From Candidatus Limnocylindrales bacterium (lineage in GTDB: Bacteria; Chloroflexota; Limnocylindria; Limnocylindrales; CSP1-4), in assembly GCA_036561685.1 (NCBI GenBank), contig DATBOX010000141.1, forward strand, positions 1 through 56,844: a DNA stretch of 56,844 nt, read 5' to 3'. The position numbers were made by a program, and so were the translations under genes. Of this stretch, positions 55,159 to 56,844 are shown in pieces. How positions within the stretch are numbered: the first letter of the stretch is position 1; every line of letters starts with the position of its first letter. The notes beneath the pieces are model-generated. The model ran no database searches. It had not been told where the DNA came from and saw nothing but the letters and a program-made list of their open reading frames with translations.

Positions 55159-56844
55159 TCAGGCCGGGCGGGCCGCGTCGCGCGACCCGGCCGGGACCAG
55201 GGTCACGGCGCCCTCGCTGGCCGAGCTGACGAGCGCGGCGTACTTGGCGAACACGCCGCGGCGGTAGTGCGGTTCGGGCTGACGCCACTCCCGGGCGCGG
55301 CGCGCCAGCTCGGCGGGCGCGACCTCCAGGTCCAGGCGCTTGCCGTCGACGTCGATGACGATGGGGTCGCCTTCGCGGACCAGCGCGATGGGACCGCCCA
55401 GCGCCGCTTCCGGCGCGACGTGGCCGATCATCAGGCCATGCGTCCCGCCGCTGAAGCGGCCGTCCGTCAGCAGCGCCACCGACTCGCCGAGGCCCTCGCC
55501 GACCAGGGCGGCCGTGACGCTCAACATTTCCTGCATGCCCGGTCCGCCGACGGGGCCCTCGTAGCGGATGACGACCACGTCGCCCGGCTTGATGGCCTGG
55601 GCCCGCACGGCTTCGTAGCAGGCGGTCTCCGAGTCGAAGACCCGGGCCGGCCCGCGGTGGTGGCGACGTTCGTGGCCGGCCAGCTTCACGACGCAGCCGT
55701 CCGGGGCGAGGGAGCCGCGCAGGATCGTCAGGCCGCCGGTCGGCTTGAGGGGGTCCTCGACCGGGCGCACGACCCGCTGGCCGGCGGTGGCCACCGCGTC
55801 GCGGCCCACCTGGGCCAGCGTGCGGCCGTCGACGGTCGGCGAGTCGCCGTGGATGAGGCCGCCGCGGTCGAGTTCGTGGACCAGCAGGCCCAGCCCGCCC
55901 GCCTCGTACAGGTCGGCCGCCGTGTAGCGGCCGCCGGGCACCATGTCGGCCACGATGGGGGTCCGGTCGGCGATCGTGGCGAAGTCGTCGAGCTGGAGGG
56001 GCACGCCGAACTCGCGGGCGATGGCCAGCAGGTGCAGGACGCCGTTGGTCGAGCCGCCGCTGGCGGCGATGGCGGCGATGGCGTTCTCCAGGGCCCGCCG
56101 GTCCACGATCGAGCTGGGGCGGCGATCGGCCCGCACAAGGTCCATGACCAGCTCGCCGCAACGGTGCGCCGCGGCGTCCTTGGCCGGATGCTCGGCCGGG
56201 ATGGCGTTGAGGCCGCCGGGGGAGAGGCCCAGGAACTCGAGGGCCATGCTCATCGTGTTGGCCGTGAACTGGCCGCCGCACGCGCCCGGCCCGGGGCAAG
56301 CCGCGTTCTCCACCTCGTAGAGCCGCTCGGCGGTGATCTTGCCGGCCCGGTACGCCCCGATGGCCTCGAAGACCGTGACGACCGTGGCGTCTCGCTTGCC
56401 GTCCAGCATGCCCGGGTAGATCGTGCCGTTGTAGAGGATCACCGCGGGCAGGTCGAGCCGGCCGACGGCCATCGCCGCGGCGGGGATCGTCTTGTCGCAT
56501 CCGACCAGGCACACCAGGCCGTCGAACAGGTGGCCCCGGGTCACCAGCTCGATCGAGTCGGCGATCACCTCGCGGCTGACCAGGCTGGCTTTCATGCCCT
56601 CGGTGCCCATCGATACGCCGTCCGAGATGGCGATCGTGTTGAACTCCATGGGCGTGCCGCCGGCCGCCCGGATGCCGGCCTTGACGTGCTCGGCCAGGCG
56701 GCGCTGGTTGTACGTGCAGGGCATGGTTTCGATCCAGCACGTGGCCACGCCGATGATGGGCTTGGCCAGGTCGTCATCGGTGAAGCCGATGGCCTTGAGC
56801 ATGGCCCGTGCCGCCGCTCGGTCCGGGCCGTCGGTGAGGGCCGC
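55159..56844 (-). CDS. ilvD: Dihydroxy-acid dehydratase (5' end runs off the window)
   Basis: CDKTIPAAAM, TDGRFSGGTHG and other IlvD motifs. The reading frame stays open upstream of ATG 56802 to the window edge (…DGPDRAAARAMLKAIG). Confidence 0.92.
   Translation of the reverse strand, partial: AALTDGPDRAAARAMLKAIGFTDDDLAKPIIGVATCWIETMPCTYNQRRLAEHVKAGIRAAGGTPMEFNTIAISDGVSMGTEGMKASLVSREVIADSIELVTRGHLFDGLVCLVGCDKTIPAAAMAVGRLDLPAVILYNGTIYPGMLDGKRDATVVTVFEAIGAYRAGKITAERLYEVENAACPGPGACGGQFTANTMSMALEFLGLSPGGLNAIPAEHPAKDAAAHRCGELVMDLVRADRRPSSIVDRRALENAIAAIAASGGSTNGVLHLLAIAREFGVPLQLDDFATIADRTPIVADMVPGGRYTAADLYEAGGLGLLVHELDRGGLIHGDSPTVDGRTLAQVGRDAVATAGQRVVRPVEDPLKPTGGLTILRGSLAPDGCVVKLAGHERRHHRGPARVFDSETACYEAVRAQAIKPGDVVVIRYEGPVGGPGMQEMLSVTAALVGEGLGESVALLTDGRFSGGTHGLMIGHVAPEAALGGPIALVREGDPIVIDVDGKRLDLEVAPAELARRAREWRQPEPHYRRGVFAKYAALVSSASEGAVTLVPAGSRDAARPA

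Noticed and set aside
55130-56740. 536-aa ORF on the same strand as ilvD in another frame
   Set aside because: The Arg/Pro/Gly-rich product overlaps the unmistakable IlvD frame entirely.

Overview
Very GC-rich bacterial chromosomal segment (about two-thirds to 70% G+C by eye, not computed). Gene content (F420-dependent enzymes, MoxR/DUF58, SARP-type regulator, DUF3558-like and Mpt63/DUF4352-like lipoproteins) suggests Actinomycetota or Chloroflexota. It is densely packed with about 57 CDS, many joined by 4-nt start/stop overlaps (ATGA, GTGA and apparently CTGA). I found no rRNA, tRNA, CRISPR array, transposase or integrase. Mostly housekeeping content in order: a polyamine-type ABC importer, ferredoxin, TrpB2, proC, proline dehydrogenase, and a frameshifted ECF sigma with a membrane partner. 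A FAH-MoxR-DUF58-DUF4129-HmgA block follows, then a cupin-cyclase and an HTH/PD-(D/E)xK fusion. Next is a CBS-KorAB-CBS-EamA-HppD operon, a receiver+M24 peptidase pair, and a fabD-KAS-x-MpaB-KAS-panCB operon. The window ends with a GT4/unknown/GH130 cassette, M20 peptidase, two F420 enzymes and a partial ilvD. The most interesting part is 30.9-40.9 kb. There a 1007-aa AfsR/SARP-type STAND regulator (wHTH-BTAD-NB-ARC-TPR) sits beside five secreted lipoprotein genes: a tandem DUF3558-like protein, three DUF4352-like paralogues and an orphan 702-aa lipoprotein. Both apparent transcription units in this locus carry the same phased direct-repeat box (GCGATCG at 22+11 nt spacing, 8 nt from a GAYGCT hexamer). 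That layout matches the classical SARP operator architecture. The locus also has a shared 21-nt leader hairpin and a leftover 3' fragment of a lost paralogue. All functional calls rest on recognising motifs in the supplied translations; no database search was run.
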